Positions 52,544 to 64,000 of a stretch of DNA of 64,000 nt are shown here, one piece after another; within the stretch, counting starts at the first letter, position 1; each line of letters starts with the position of its first letter. The stretch is from Styela clava (Eukaryota): contig NC_135250.1 in the NCBI RefSeq assembly GCF_964204865.1, positions 20,398,001-20,462,000 of the forward strand. Direction: 5' to 3'. A program made the translations under genes and the position numbers. The notes below the pieces were generated by a model, which searched no databases, was not told the DNA's origin, and saw only the letters and a list, made by a program, of their open reading frames with translations.

Positions 52544-54776
52544 CAGTGTTCCCGCAAAGAAAATTTCACACTGCGCAAATGTTGTTTTTACTGAGCAAGA
52601 CCCATTTAAGGCTGAGCAGAACCCTAAATTATTTGCAAACTTTGTGAAAAGTTACAATAGTAGCCTATCATATATTATCGGAATGCGAACAAACCACACG
52701 TTTAACTTCTTCTGTACTTAATGTATAGGCTTACCATACAGTCCCGCTTCTTAGCGCCTTGTCCCGCCGTCCCGACAAGTCAGCCAATAGTCCCGCTTTG
52801 GCGTTCAGCCATCCAGCATAATACACGAACATGTTCTCCTTACTGTTGTTGCTGTGTAGCGCAACGCTAGCCTACTTACTGAAGGTGAATGCGTTATTTT
52901 GTTTGTTTCGTTGTTTCCCGCCAACATTGTTAGCGAACTTATCACATGTAAAACCAATTCTAATTGGTCCTGTTCGGACATTCACGTGAATGTAACATTA
53001 ACCAACGTCTTTTTGAATGTGTTATCTACAGAAAAGCATGCTTGGGCGAATAGGTAAATTCTCAATGCTTGAAAACGGCAGACTATTCCATTATTCTTTA
53101 TACCTTTTGTTGTGCATAACCAAATCTAAATTCGGATCATTTGTATCGTTAGCGTCTTTCACGAGGACCTTTCACCGAGCATCGACTTCCTTGTTTACTT
53201 CGTGGCATTGGCCAATCAGCAAGATGCAAAAAGTGACGTAACAATGCTCCCTTTTCGCATCCGTTCAGACACTTTTCTCACTCAGACAGATTTTCAAGCG
53301 TGGTCGTAAACATTACCTTGTTTTCGCGTTTTTGAACTCTATTCGTTAGTTTTCAGTTTATTTCGGAAATTTAAAAAATAAATCAGATAATTCAATGATC
53401 ACTCTGTCTTCCTAGGAGTTTTAATTTAATTGTAGTAATAAAAAATTAGTGTGGAAATAGCTGTGATAGACTAGGCTAAAATTATTTACAGGTACTTTTA
53501 AAAAACAGATTGTTGTATGCGATCAATCATGATGATGGTGTGAAACACATACCCCAGTTTACAGGCGCCAACTCGCAAAAGCACTCTTAAAATAGCCCCG
53601 AAAATTTTGCAATGGTAAAGTACAGGAAGAATTTTTCAGGGGTCAAAGGTTGGGGAAAGGTCCATTCATTTCTATTTTTCGAACTGAACCCGATATTCAG
53701 ACGAAGAATATGCGCATGAACTTTCGATGACAAATATGGTCAATGAAGACAGCCGTCTTTAAATGTAGGCCCATGTACTAAAATCGGAAACTGTAAAGTT
53801 ACAGGATCACAGCTAAGTGGTCATGTTTTTGAAAGCGTCCCGCTTTGAAGTCAAAAAAATATTCTAATCTCTAAATATTCTAACCCTATTAATGTACAAT
53901 CTCAACATTTTTGTTGTTGAAATATCATTGCTTCCATCAAAATTAGGGCATGAAATTTTGCTTCAGCGGTCGGTATTGCGGTGAAAAAGTTCGAGTTAAT
54001 GCATCTAGTGCGTCAATGTGCTTTCATGATTTAAATGAAGTTTTAGATAGTCAGTCCCGCCCACGATTTGCCTTCTCCAAATCACTATCTATTGCCACTT
54101 CCGACATACTTTGCAGAATATCACATTCCTTGACGCGGAATAGCAATAAATTTCGCAAATTTTAGTAGTTTGTTTTTTTTAGCTTATACATAACGGTATC
54201 ACGATTTTCTTATTTTTAGCCTTGCTTCCTTAAATATACATTATACTCACACGCCAAATAAAGAACACCGGTATATTGGTTTTGGTTGAAATGCCTAACA
54301 CTCTTTTTAGTAATTTCTGGTGAATATACTTATTATATAATCATTCAGTATAAGCTCATGTGTCCCAATCTCGAGATTCAAGCAAATTTCCTGTAACAAG
54401 CAGTGGGCACATTTGATACCATTTAAAATTCCATCTTCATATGTGTTCAACTTCACTACAGACAATATAACAAGATTTGGCGGGGTTGACAACTCGAAAT
54501 CCAGAGCGCGCGATGAAAATTTCGAAATGCGACACTGCCCCGTGCTGGCATACAGAAATCAAGGTAATTGAGCGTGACAGACACATGTGTGACATCACAA
54601 TGATCAGGGGTTACCCAAAATACGCGTGAAACATAGGAGTATTTTAGATAAGCGTGAATAAAATTACATATGAAAATATGAACCGCGCTTTAAAAAGGAA
54701 GCTGCGCGAGAATGAGATTTTACTGCGCAGATGTTCTGGTGGTACTGCGCAATTGCGCAGCTTAGAGGGAACCTTG
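52544..54776. mobile_element. hAT (Tip100-like) element with near-perfect 8-bp TSD
   Basis: Ends CAGTGTTCCC / GGGAACCTTG with TGCGCA subterminal motifs. Flanks GTTATCAG (52536-52543) and GTTACCAG (54777-54784). Confidence 0.75.
52726..53888. mobile_element. hAT (Blackjack-like) element nested in the Tip100-like element
   Basis: Ends TAGGCTTACCATA / TATTCTAACCCTA, GTCCCG subterminal repeats, perfect 8-bp TSD TTAATGTA (52718-52725, 53889-53896). Confidence 0.8.
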
Positions 54777-54891
54777 GTTACCAGAAAAGCAAATAAAATA
54801 AAATGCGTGGGTTAACCTATCTGTGTAAATATCGATCCCGTCTGAAATCTATCTCTATCGTTTGTTATTGTCGAAGCGTAGAGGTCTTGGT

Positions 54892-56176
54892 ATGGCGAGT
54901 AATGATGACCCTAATACGCGAGATATACTTACAGATGTGAGAAATGCAGACAGGGCAGGAGAAAGAGAAAATCTGTTCTATTTATATGTTGCTACGCCAA
55001 AAAGACCGCCTTCTGCACTACATAAAAAAGTTATTCGGCCGTTTCTGATATCGAAAGGTTGGAGGAAAGTCAGCTATGAAAGGACAGGCTTCAGGTGAAA
55101 TCATGTTGTTTATACTTTCATATCTGAAGGATAATATACTGTAACAACTATTGAATGATAAATGATAACATGAGCATATAACAGCGACGCAGCGATGTTG
55201 ATCTGTTAATCACGCAAAAAATAGGAGATGTCAGGGATTTAGTATCAATCAAAGAGCAGCCGAGGGCTGGTTCTGTTATTCTTTCATATTCTGTATTCTA
55301 TAGTTTATGTCCGATTCGACAATTGAAATTATACTTCATTTAAAGGTCCGTTTATAGCGTTACTTTTGTTGACACAGTCGTTCGACGTCTCGATTATACA
55401 CTATATAGGTAATGAAGGAGCTTATGAATAAATAATCGCCGAATAAGCCGCACGGACCACGGCAAGTTAAATTGAAATGCGTGAAGCAAACGCAATATCG
55501 CAAAAAGTCTTTTTGACTTTGATATAAAATCTAGATCTTATGGCTTTAGTAACGTCACAAACTTTCATATTATAAACATATATTATATATATATATATAT
55601 ACATCTGTTTTGTTCACAGTAGTTTTTCAAACAACGTATCTCGTAATCCAAGCTCCGATAGCATATAAATATCCAGGCATCAATTACCAAGCCCTTTACC
55701 TAAAATTAAATCACTTTATTTGTGTTTCTGCTTGCATGATTTTGATCCTATACTGTGCGTACTTCTTCTAGCTGATTAACTGATACATCATACACTGGTA
55801 TAGTTTATTCAAGTACAATTACAAAAATGTTTTTCCTTCACACAGAGCACTTTACTTTTTGAGAAGAAGACAAGAAACCACACCAACTGTCGAACAACAC
55901 AGCAATCGTGATCAGTCAAGTTCTGAGGTAATAATCATCACTGATAGCGATGCTGAAGACGGACCAAGTAGTTCTCAAAGTCGAAGACCACGCTTGAGAA
56001 GGAATACACAAATTCCTATAGCTATAAATGCAACTCAAATAGCCACGGATCATCGCACTGAACTAAAGCAAGTCATCGAAAATTATAGGATACAACATGA
56101 TTTAACTTTCGATGTTCATATAGTTCTTTCTAGGCCTATCGACTATGAGGTAGATTTTGCAGGGCTTGCGAGTTGA
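54892..56176 (+). CDS. Uncharacterised small protein, tandem copy 1 (177 aa, 2 coding exons)
   Basis: Exons 54892-55094 and 55846-56176 joined by a phase-2 GT-AG intron (TGFR/ALYFLRRRQE). Frame and intron position are conserved in copy 2. Confidence 0.75.
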
Positions 56177-56552
56177 CCGGGTTCTTTGGAGCCGTGAAAT
56201 ATTAAAAGTCGATATTTGTTCAAAATTGGAAAATGCCACCAACATAATCAAATGGAATATTCGAAATTCTTGAGCACAATGTTGAAACCCAGAAAAAATT
56301 CATTAAAGCTCCCGTGAAAATATGAAAAACTTTCATGTATTAGCAGATAAACACTCAGACCTAACGTATCCTATACTGCAGCGTAAACTGTTTGGGTAGT
56401 TTTTCTACCTTACTATATAAAAGTTACTATATATATAATATGTATCGTTGTATATTTATAATGCTTTTAAGAATTCATAGTTTGTTAATCAGCCTTTTTC
56501 ATTTATTCTCCACAAATCTCTTCGTTCTTTACATTGTGCCGTAAACAAAATA

Positions 56553-57357
56553 TCGTCAGGCTAATAACCGAGTTTTGAGTTTTTTTTATAAATTAAGTAT
56601 TTATCTAATGCTGCGCACCTGTCTGTTAACTCTTATTTTATCTTAAGAATTTCAAAACCCATAAAGATTGAGATTTTGTATGACATGCAAATTTGTTCAA
56701 TTGTTTCGTCATCATGAATTTTCATTGTTAACGCAGAACTATTGTGACGTCACAAAGGCGAAATAACTTCGGCGAAGGATTTTCGAGTTTTTGCATCTCA
56801 GATTCTAGTTTAGCGCTTATAAATTTGAATTTATACTACAGTATAGGAAGGCGTGCACTTGTGATATTCACTGTCTGAGTCCAATTCACATTGTTCGGCT
56901 ACTATATAAGGGTACATTGCTGTTTCATTCTTTATATTTAATCTTAGTCTTTTTTCGGTGGGTGTGCAGACCGTGTTATATTGATGAAATATATATTTTT
57001 AAACATAAAAAATAATGTAATTGAAACTGATTAGCTATTTTGGGGATTAGACATTGTAGATACTGAGAATTACATTCGTGTTTGGAATGTTTAGTTTTCA
57101 GGCGTGGTGCATATAGTAAATTTGCAAAATTGCGTATGTCCCCAAGTCATAGACACATTTCTGCCTAAGTCACAGTGCGCCATTATGACGTCACTTAACT
57201 GCGTCATACAAATTAACTTAAATCCGGCTACAATCAAAAAATTGATCCATGGCAAATTATTGACACTCAATGGCATAACAATATCATTAGGAAGTTTTTT
57301 ACGTTTTTCTCAAAACTGCTAAAAAAGACTTACGCAATTCGGTTATTAGCGTGACGA
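56553..57357. mobile_element. TA-flanked MITE copy 2
   Basis: Homologous to 40881-41714. The left TIR carries a short deletion shared with copy 3. Confidence 0.85.
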
Positions 57358-57914
57358 TATACTATTCAAATTACATAACAATGTGGGAATTTTACTTTCA
57401 CAACGGTTACCCAATGATTTTGAAGATATTCTGACCATCAATGAACGAAAACAGTTATTTCGACAGATGATGTAATGTGAACATGTTTGTGTGATAAATT
57501 GTTGTACAAGAAACCTCAGTTAAATAAGAAGACTTGAGTTAAGAACTTGAAATCAACATAAGAAAGTTAAATCCGTTACTTTAGGCCCCATATTCGTATG
57601 GATTTGATTTTGATCAATCCGAATGGCAGAACGATCCAATTATTGATTACTGTATCCGAGGAAAATCCGATTCACACATCGGCCATTATCCGCAACCAGC
57701 AAGCATACAAAATATACGGATTTACTTGCATTGTAGAGCGCGATGCGGGGGAGCTGTTCGACGGGCAGTGAAACGCAAGTTTCGGTATAGGGAAATTTTA
57801 CACGTACGCTATTTATCGTGCGTAAGGTTTGATCGTGTATATTAGTGAGTGTTTCCGTGAGCATCATAGGACGACGGTAACAGAATTATATTGTTTAACG
57901 TGGGTACAAGAGAA

Positions 57915-58075
57915 GGCTGTTCGAACTTTTTCGCCACAATACGGACTGCTGAAGAGAGTGAAATGTAGATAATATATGATATGCAAATAATGTAGGACTC
58001 TGCTCAGCTTTAAAATAGTCTTGCTCAGTAAAAACAACATTTGCGCAGTGTGAAATTTTCTTACAGGGAACACAG
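57915..58075 (-). mobile_element. Inverted fragment of the Tip100-like element left end
   Basis: Reverse complement of 52544-52650 plus a match to ~53970-53995. Abuts GTTATCAA. Confidence 0.7.
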
Positions 58076-58193
58076 GTTATCAAGAAAGCAAATATAAGGT
58101 ATGAGTGAACCTTTCTGTGTAAATATCAATCTCGTCTGGAAGCCCTTCTAACGTTTGTTACTTTCGAGGCTTAGAGGTCTTATTATAGGAGGT

Positions 58194-60369
58194 ATGGACC
58201 CTGATACGCAAGATATACTTGCAGATGTGAGAGATGCAGACGAAGCAGGAGAAAAAGAAAATGTGTTCTTTTTATATGTTGCTACACCAAAAAAACCGCC
58301 TTCAGCACTACACAAAAAAGTCATTGAGCCCTTTCTGAGATCGAAAGGTTGGAGGAAAGTCAGCTATAGAAACACAGGCTTCAGGTGAAATCATGTTGTT
58401 AATACTTCCGTATCTGAAGAATAATATAATGCAACAACTATTGAATAATAAATGATCTCATATATAGCCGCGGTAGAAGGTAGGAGGCTTTGTACCAATC
58501 TAAGAGCAGCCGATTGCTGGTTCTGTTATTCTTTTATTTACTGTGTTCTATAATTTATATCCTATTTGCAATTGAAATCATACTTCATTTAAAGTTCAAT
58601 TCATAGACATAGACGTTCTTGTTGACACAATCATTCAACGTCTCCATTATACAACATACAGAGAATAATGGAGCTTATGAGTAAACGGAAACGGCATTAA
58701 ATGATTGCGAGAGAACCCGCACCGACCCTGACGAGTTAAATCGAAATACATAGTAAACTAAATATCGCAAAAAAGTCTTATTGACTTTTGATAATAAAAC
58801 TGTATTGATATGAAATCTAGATCTCGTGGTTTCTGTAACGTTGCAAACTTTCATACGCACGTGTTTAGTTCAAAGTAATTTTTAATACAACCTATATATA
58901 TGTGTCGCTATCCAAGCTCCTATAGCATATAAATATCCAGGCAACAACTCATTAGTATATTAAATCATTATATATATATCTATAACTGAAACAAAATCGC
59001 CTCACATTGATACCGTTGCACAATATGCAGGTGGCAGATAAATTAAGGTTAGGAACAGAAATTAACGCAAATTTGGACGTAAAAATTTGCCACTTTGAGT
59101 GTCTATCCGATACGACTCCAAGTGTCCACATATGCGAAGGCGCGAAATCATGAGTTTGGAAACTCTGAGACAAAATATTCCGAAAAACTCTCAATTCTCC
59201 GCGACCGAATTTGCCGTTTTCATGCCTGGCCTTCAAATCTTCTACTGCAGGCAGAATATTACCAAAACAATTTTGATGCTTCGAACCCAGTCAAAAGATA
59301 AAAAAAAATGTGGATCTTATGGTTTAGTTGAGCAGTGGTCGGCAAACTTTACGTACTTGCGGCCCAAATATACATATTTCCGGTAGCGCGCGGGCCGCAT
59401 TATTTCATCGTCTACGAACAATCGCCGCATTAAACTTCAAATTATGGCCTGTCACAACGATGGGACGTTCATCAAGTAAATGGCATAGAACTGACGCTAC
59501 TTATAACGAAACAAGTGCCGTACAGCAGCACTTGTTACCACATAAATCCGGGTGGAGGCAATAATAAATTTAGGATCAATTTTTGTTTTATGCATTAAAA
59601 GACGGGTTGTTTGCGGGCCGCAAAAATTATGTCGCGGGCCGCAAAAAATTAGTTCACGTGCGCATTTGGCCCGCGGGCCGCAGTTTGCCGATTACTGAGT
59701 TAGAGTAATAAATCTTCTCCTCGATTTTGTAAAATCTTGGATCTCAATTTGTGTTTTTGTTTGGATTATTTTGATCCTACGGGGCTTACTTGCTTCCAGC
59801 TACTGAACTGCATCAAAAGTCTATAACTATATGTATATATGTATGTGCATTTTTGCGTTTGTTGTTATTTTTACTTGTCCATCTCTGTCTAAAATCCTAC
59901 ATCATATATTGGTTAATGTAGTTTATTCAAGTACACATGCAAAAATGTTTTTTTTTCTCCACACAGAGCACTTTACTTTTTAAGAAGAAGACAGGAAATC
60001 CCATTAGCTGTGGAACAAAACAGCAATCGTGATCAGTCTGTTTCTGACATAATAGACCTCGTATCGGATGAAAGCGATTCTGATGACGGACCAAGTAGTT
60101 CTCAAAGTCGAAATACAACCTTGAGAAAGAATACGCAAATTCGTCAACAAAACTTTTCACAATTCGACTCCCAACCCAACGATGATTCACAAGCTATTAT
60201 TGCAACTCAAAAAGCCACGAATCACCGCACTGAACTAAAGAAAGTCATCGAAGATTATAAGACACAACATGGTCTAACTTTCCATGTTCATATAGTTCTT
60301 TCTAGACCGATCGACTACGAGGTAGATTTTGTGGAGCTCGCGAGTCAGTCGGGTTCTTTAGAGCCGTAA
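58194..60369 (+). CDS. Uncharacterised small protein, tandem copy 2 (197 aa, 2 coding exons)
   Basis: Exons 58194-58384 and 59967-60369, with the same phase-2 intron. Indels relative to copy 1 preserve frame. Confidence 0.75.
59333..59697. mobile_element. hAT (Charlie-like) MITE in the intron of copy 2
   Basis: CAGTGGTCGGCAAAC / GTTTGCCGATTACTG TIRs, GCGGGCCGC subterminal repeats, flanks AGTT-GAG and AGTTAGAG. Confidence 0.8.
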
Positions 60370-60722
60370 AATATTAAAAGTCGATATTTGTTCAAAATTG
60401 GAAAATGCCACCAACATAATCATGGAATATTCGAAATTCTTGAGAACAATGTTGAAACCCAGAAAAAAATCATTAAAGCTCCCGTAAATATATGAAAAAC
60501 TTTCATGTATTAGCAGATAAACACTCAGACCTAACGTATCCTATACTGCAGCGTAAACTGTTTGGGTAGTTTTTCTACCTTACTATATAAAAGTTACTAT
60601 ATATATAATATGTACCGTTGTATATTTATAATGCTTTTAAGAATTCATAGTTTGTTAATCAGCCTTTTTCATTTATTCTCCACAAATCTTTTGGTTCTTT
60701 ACATTGTGCCGTAAACAAAATA

Positions 60723-61527
60723 TCGTCAGGCTAATAACCGAGTTTTGAGTTTTTTTTATAAAATAGGTATTTATCTAATGCTGCGCACCTGTCTGTTAAC
60801 TCAGATTTTATCTTAAGAATTTCAAAACCCATAAAGATTGAGATTTTGTATGACATGCAAATTTGTTCAATTGTTTCGTCACCATGAATTTTCATTGTTA
60901 ACGCAGAACTATTGTGACGTCACTAAGGCGAAATAACTTCGGCGAAGGATTTTCGAGTTTTTGCATCTCAGATTCTAGTTTAGCGCTTATAAATTTGAAT
61001 TTATACTACAGTATAGGAAGGCGTGCACTTGTGATATTCACTGTCTGAGTCCAATTCACATTGTTCGGCTACTATATAGGGGGACATTGCTGTTTTATTC
61101 TTTATATTTAATCTTAGTCCTATTTCGGTGGGTGTGCAGACCGTGTTATAGTGATGAAATATATATTTTTAAACATAAAAAATAATGTAATTGAAACAGA
61201 TTAGCTATTTTGGGGATTAGACATCGTAGATACTAAGAATTATATTCGTTTTTGGATTGTTTGGTTTTCAGGACTGCTGCATATAGTCAAGTTGCAAAAA
61301 TGCGTATGTCCCCAAGTCTTAGACACATTTCTGCCTAAGTCACAGTGCGCCATTATGACGTCATATGACTGCGTCATACAAATTAACTTATTTCCGGCTA
61401 CGATCAAATAATTGAATTATAGCAAATTATTGACTCTCAATGGCATAGCAATATCATTAGAAAGTTTTTTACGTTTTTCTCAAAACTGCTAAAAATGACT
61501 TACGCAATTCGGTTTTTAGCGTGACGA
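60723..61527. mobile_element. TA-flanked MITE copy 3
   Basis: Homologous to copies 1 and 2, with the same left flank as copy 2. Confidence 0.85.
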
Positions 61528-62341
61528 TATTGTGTTCAAATATTGTGTGTCGTCGTCATTTTTTTTATTTTTCCATTCGCGGTCTCGAACTGTAAGTGGA
61601 ATGAGATCGAGTCACTCGAAAGCATTTGAATGGATAATGCTGTGTAGTATAAAACTCAATGAATCAATCAATATTTATATGTTATATACTGTTTCTATAA
61701 CATGGTTTTAAAACTGTGTACCGTGACAGATTTACAGGTATGCTGTGGAGCTTTTTGAATTAACAAAAATTAATTGTATTGCGGATTAAACATATTATTA
61801 TTTATCCATATTGTGGACTATTTTATTCTATCCTCTTATATTAAGTGTTTTTTTGAACTGACCCCAGTTTAACAAATATTTTAACGTCGTATCGTCGACA
61901 TCGCTCGTTTTTTTCATCATTTTCCTAACTCTGAATTTATTTGCAGAAAAATTGATAATCCATGGCACAAAAATGTTCAGACAATGCTCGTTCACACAAT
62001 AGCACCATCGACGTCAGTACTCCATCACCGAAAAGTCGAAACTTGGTCATTTATACTTTCTGAGAATGTCCTTGGTCTCATGAGGAGCAAGTATTTCTAT
62101 GTAGGATCAAAGCACTTCTTACAGCCTTCAGCTGCTGATTCTGAATTTTCGTTTCGAAAAATGACTGTTTGGGGACAAATTGTTGTTTTTCTTATACTAT
62201 ACTAGAACAATCCTTTTCAATTTTTCTGAACCATTTGAAGCCATTAATTTTGCTGAACTTGGCGTATATCCTATATTCCCAGGAATCAGGACAGTGTTCT
62301 TTCCTTTAATAAACCATTATCCGCAATACCTGTACGTTAAT

Positions 62342-62512
62342 TTTTCAATTATCTTATACCTTATGGATGTTCTGTTTTATACATCATACAGTCTGACTTG
62401 GTCATCGGTGACCGTCAACACCAATTTTCAATTATCTTATACCTTATGGATGTTCTGTTTTATACATCATACAGTCTGACTTGGTCATCGGTGACCGTCA
62501 ACACCAATTTTC
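62342..62512. repeat. Perfect 83-bp tandem duplication
   Basis: TTTTCAATTATCTTATACC... unit starts at 62342 and 62425. Confidence 0.9.
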
Positions 62513-62529
62513 CATCACCGTGCTCCATT

Positions 62530-64000
62530 TCACATCAATAATCAAGTTGTTTGAGTTTAATGATTTGATTTTTGAGTGTTTCCATATTATTCTTAATATG
62601 TACAACTAATTCCAATTACACCAAAGTCTTTCAGTGGATGTCCAGGTTGGATAAAGTGAACACCAACGACCAGGTCTCTGTTTTTCGATTTAATACTTCT
62701 AATATATTATGATCTGAGATCCGATATTTCAGATGCCTTCCTGTTTCGCCAATATACTGTATGCCACATTTGTTACAGCTTATCAAGTAGCCGACTTTTT
62801 CCGCGTTGCACGCTATTTTTTGATTCATTTTTAGTTGAATAGTTTTGTGTTTGTTTGTCGCTACTTTACTCTCTTTAGAATGTTCGCAGGTACTGCATGA
62901 CTGTCTTCCGCATAAAAAGAAAACTGGATTGTAGCTGACATGTGCTGGCTTCAGCTTGGCTCTAACTAGCCTGCCTCTGAGTGTAGGGCATTTTCGGTGA
63001 GCTAATTCAGGTGGATTTGGAAAAAAATTCAATCTCTCGTTGTTGTTTAAAACGTATTAGTAATTTTTTCGAAAATTGGGTTGGGTGATGGATTCTAATG
63101 AAAGGAAGCAAGGTTTCGTTTTTACTTACCATGTTGGGTAGTAAAAAAAAAGTTTTTTATCTAATTCTCTCACAAACTGCAAAGCATTGTCAATAAGATT
63201 TTTTTTTAATATCACCTCATAAAGTATCGTTCCATTATTTCCGCACGCTTGTCGAAAAACTCGGTAGTTGAACAAGCTCCTCTTATTCTGATGTAAAGGA
63301 TTTGGGGGATATTTTTCGTCGCATGTTTAGGATGACAGAAAGATGGCGGTATTGTATAGGTATTTATGTGAATCTGTTTCTTTGCTAAAAAAATTCAGTT
63401 TCTAATTTGTTCTTAATGATGTAAACTTTGACATCCAAAAACGTGATACTATTCGGTGAGTATTCGAAAGTCAACTTGATGGTCGGATGTCATGAATTTG
63501 CTAGCTAGGGTAACAAATTCTAAAAGTTTCTCTTTACCATGCGTCCGAATCATGGAACAGTCGTCAATAAAGCGGCAATAATAATCATGTGGTTTGAAAA
63601 AGGTTTTCCTAATAATTTAGACTCCAGATCTGCCATGACAATATCATTATATTTCAGTACCAACTTGGTTCCCATCGCCTTTCCTTGAATTTGAAGGTAA
63701 TATTTCTCATCAAAAACAAAGTTGTTGTTTGTAAGAACCAAGGCAGCAGCTTCTGTTATGCAAGATATTTCTCACCTATTAATTTTATATCTTTAGATAG
63801 ATATCTTTCCATTACTGCTGTACCGTCATCGTGGGGGATATTGTGCACTGTACATCGATACCACATTCATGCTCACTAATAAAGATTTCTGTTGGATTGT
63901 CTTGATCTCTTTCAAATGATTCAAGAAATCCATCTCCAATGTATGAAGGTATTATTTCCTTACAAAAGAAGGGGATAAATTTATGGCCTACAAAAGCCAA
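62530..64000 (-). mobile_element. Decayed Penelope-like retroelement (RT + GIY-YIG endonuclease), runs off the window edge
   Basis: RT fragments VLTNNNFVFDEKYYLQIQGKAMGT and a frameshifted RFIDD. Cys-linker CGRQSCSTCEH. GIY-YIG VGYLISCNKCGIQYIGETGRHLKYRISDH. Multiple frameshifts. Confidence 0.9.

Noticed and set aside
15970-56176. Possible TGA=Trp recoding suggested by several in-frame TGAs
   Set aside because: Intact genes use TGG for Trp, and heparanase and the iLBP end in TGA at the expected positions. The TGAs are better explained as decay.
41427-57322. Repeated ORFs at 41427-41679 and 57091-57322
   Set aside because: They lie inside copies of the same MITE, so the similarity reflects the repeat.
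61595-62090. Hammerhead-ribozyme-like fragments near the Penelope-like element (ATGAG..CTCGAAA; GTCGAAAC; CTCATGAG)
   Set aside because: No intact CTGANGA...GAAA core with paired stems on one strand. An Infernal search would be needed to be certain.
61946-62335. Hydrophobic ORF fragments on + strand
   Set aside because: Broken by stops and frameshifts with no recognisable family; at most a decayed exon.

Overview
AT-rich, intron-containing animal genomic DNA, probably from a compact invertebrate genome. The short GT-AG introns and gene set are compatible with a tunicate, but that is inference. Most ORF-track entries are exon fragments or spurious, so I assembled genes by hand from splice phases. 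Left to right: (1) a heparanase (GH79) gene on + strand, intact apart from one unresolved linker junction (1587-7059); (2) a cluster of transcobalamin/intrinsic-factor-like cobalamin-binding genes on - strand: one with two non-canonical splice sites, one internally deleted pseudogene and one intact; (3) an intron-poor adhesion GPCR (25707-28475, -); (4) an intron-rich adhesion GPCR with CTLD/HormR/GAIN/GPS/7TM domains (32098-44122, -) that has no clean start of its own and can be spliced in phase to an upstream Ly6/uPAR three-finger gene (44450-45974, -); (5) a four-exon intracellular lipid-binding protein gene (46849-49393, -); (6) a TE-riddled tandem duplication (~50.8-61.5 kb) carrying two copies of an unrecognised spliced small gene, predicted to be a compact alpha/beta core interrupted by a variable acidic loop with a SUMO-interaction-like motif; (7) a decayed Penelope-like retroelement at the right edge. 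Many non-autonomous DNA elements are present (hAT, Helentron/HINE-like, Mutator-like, TA-flanked MITE). The best candidates for something new are the orphan gene pair and the possible Ly6-adhesion GPCR fusion transcript.
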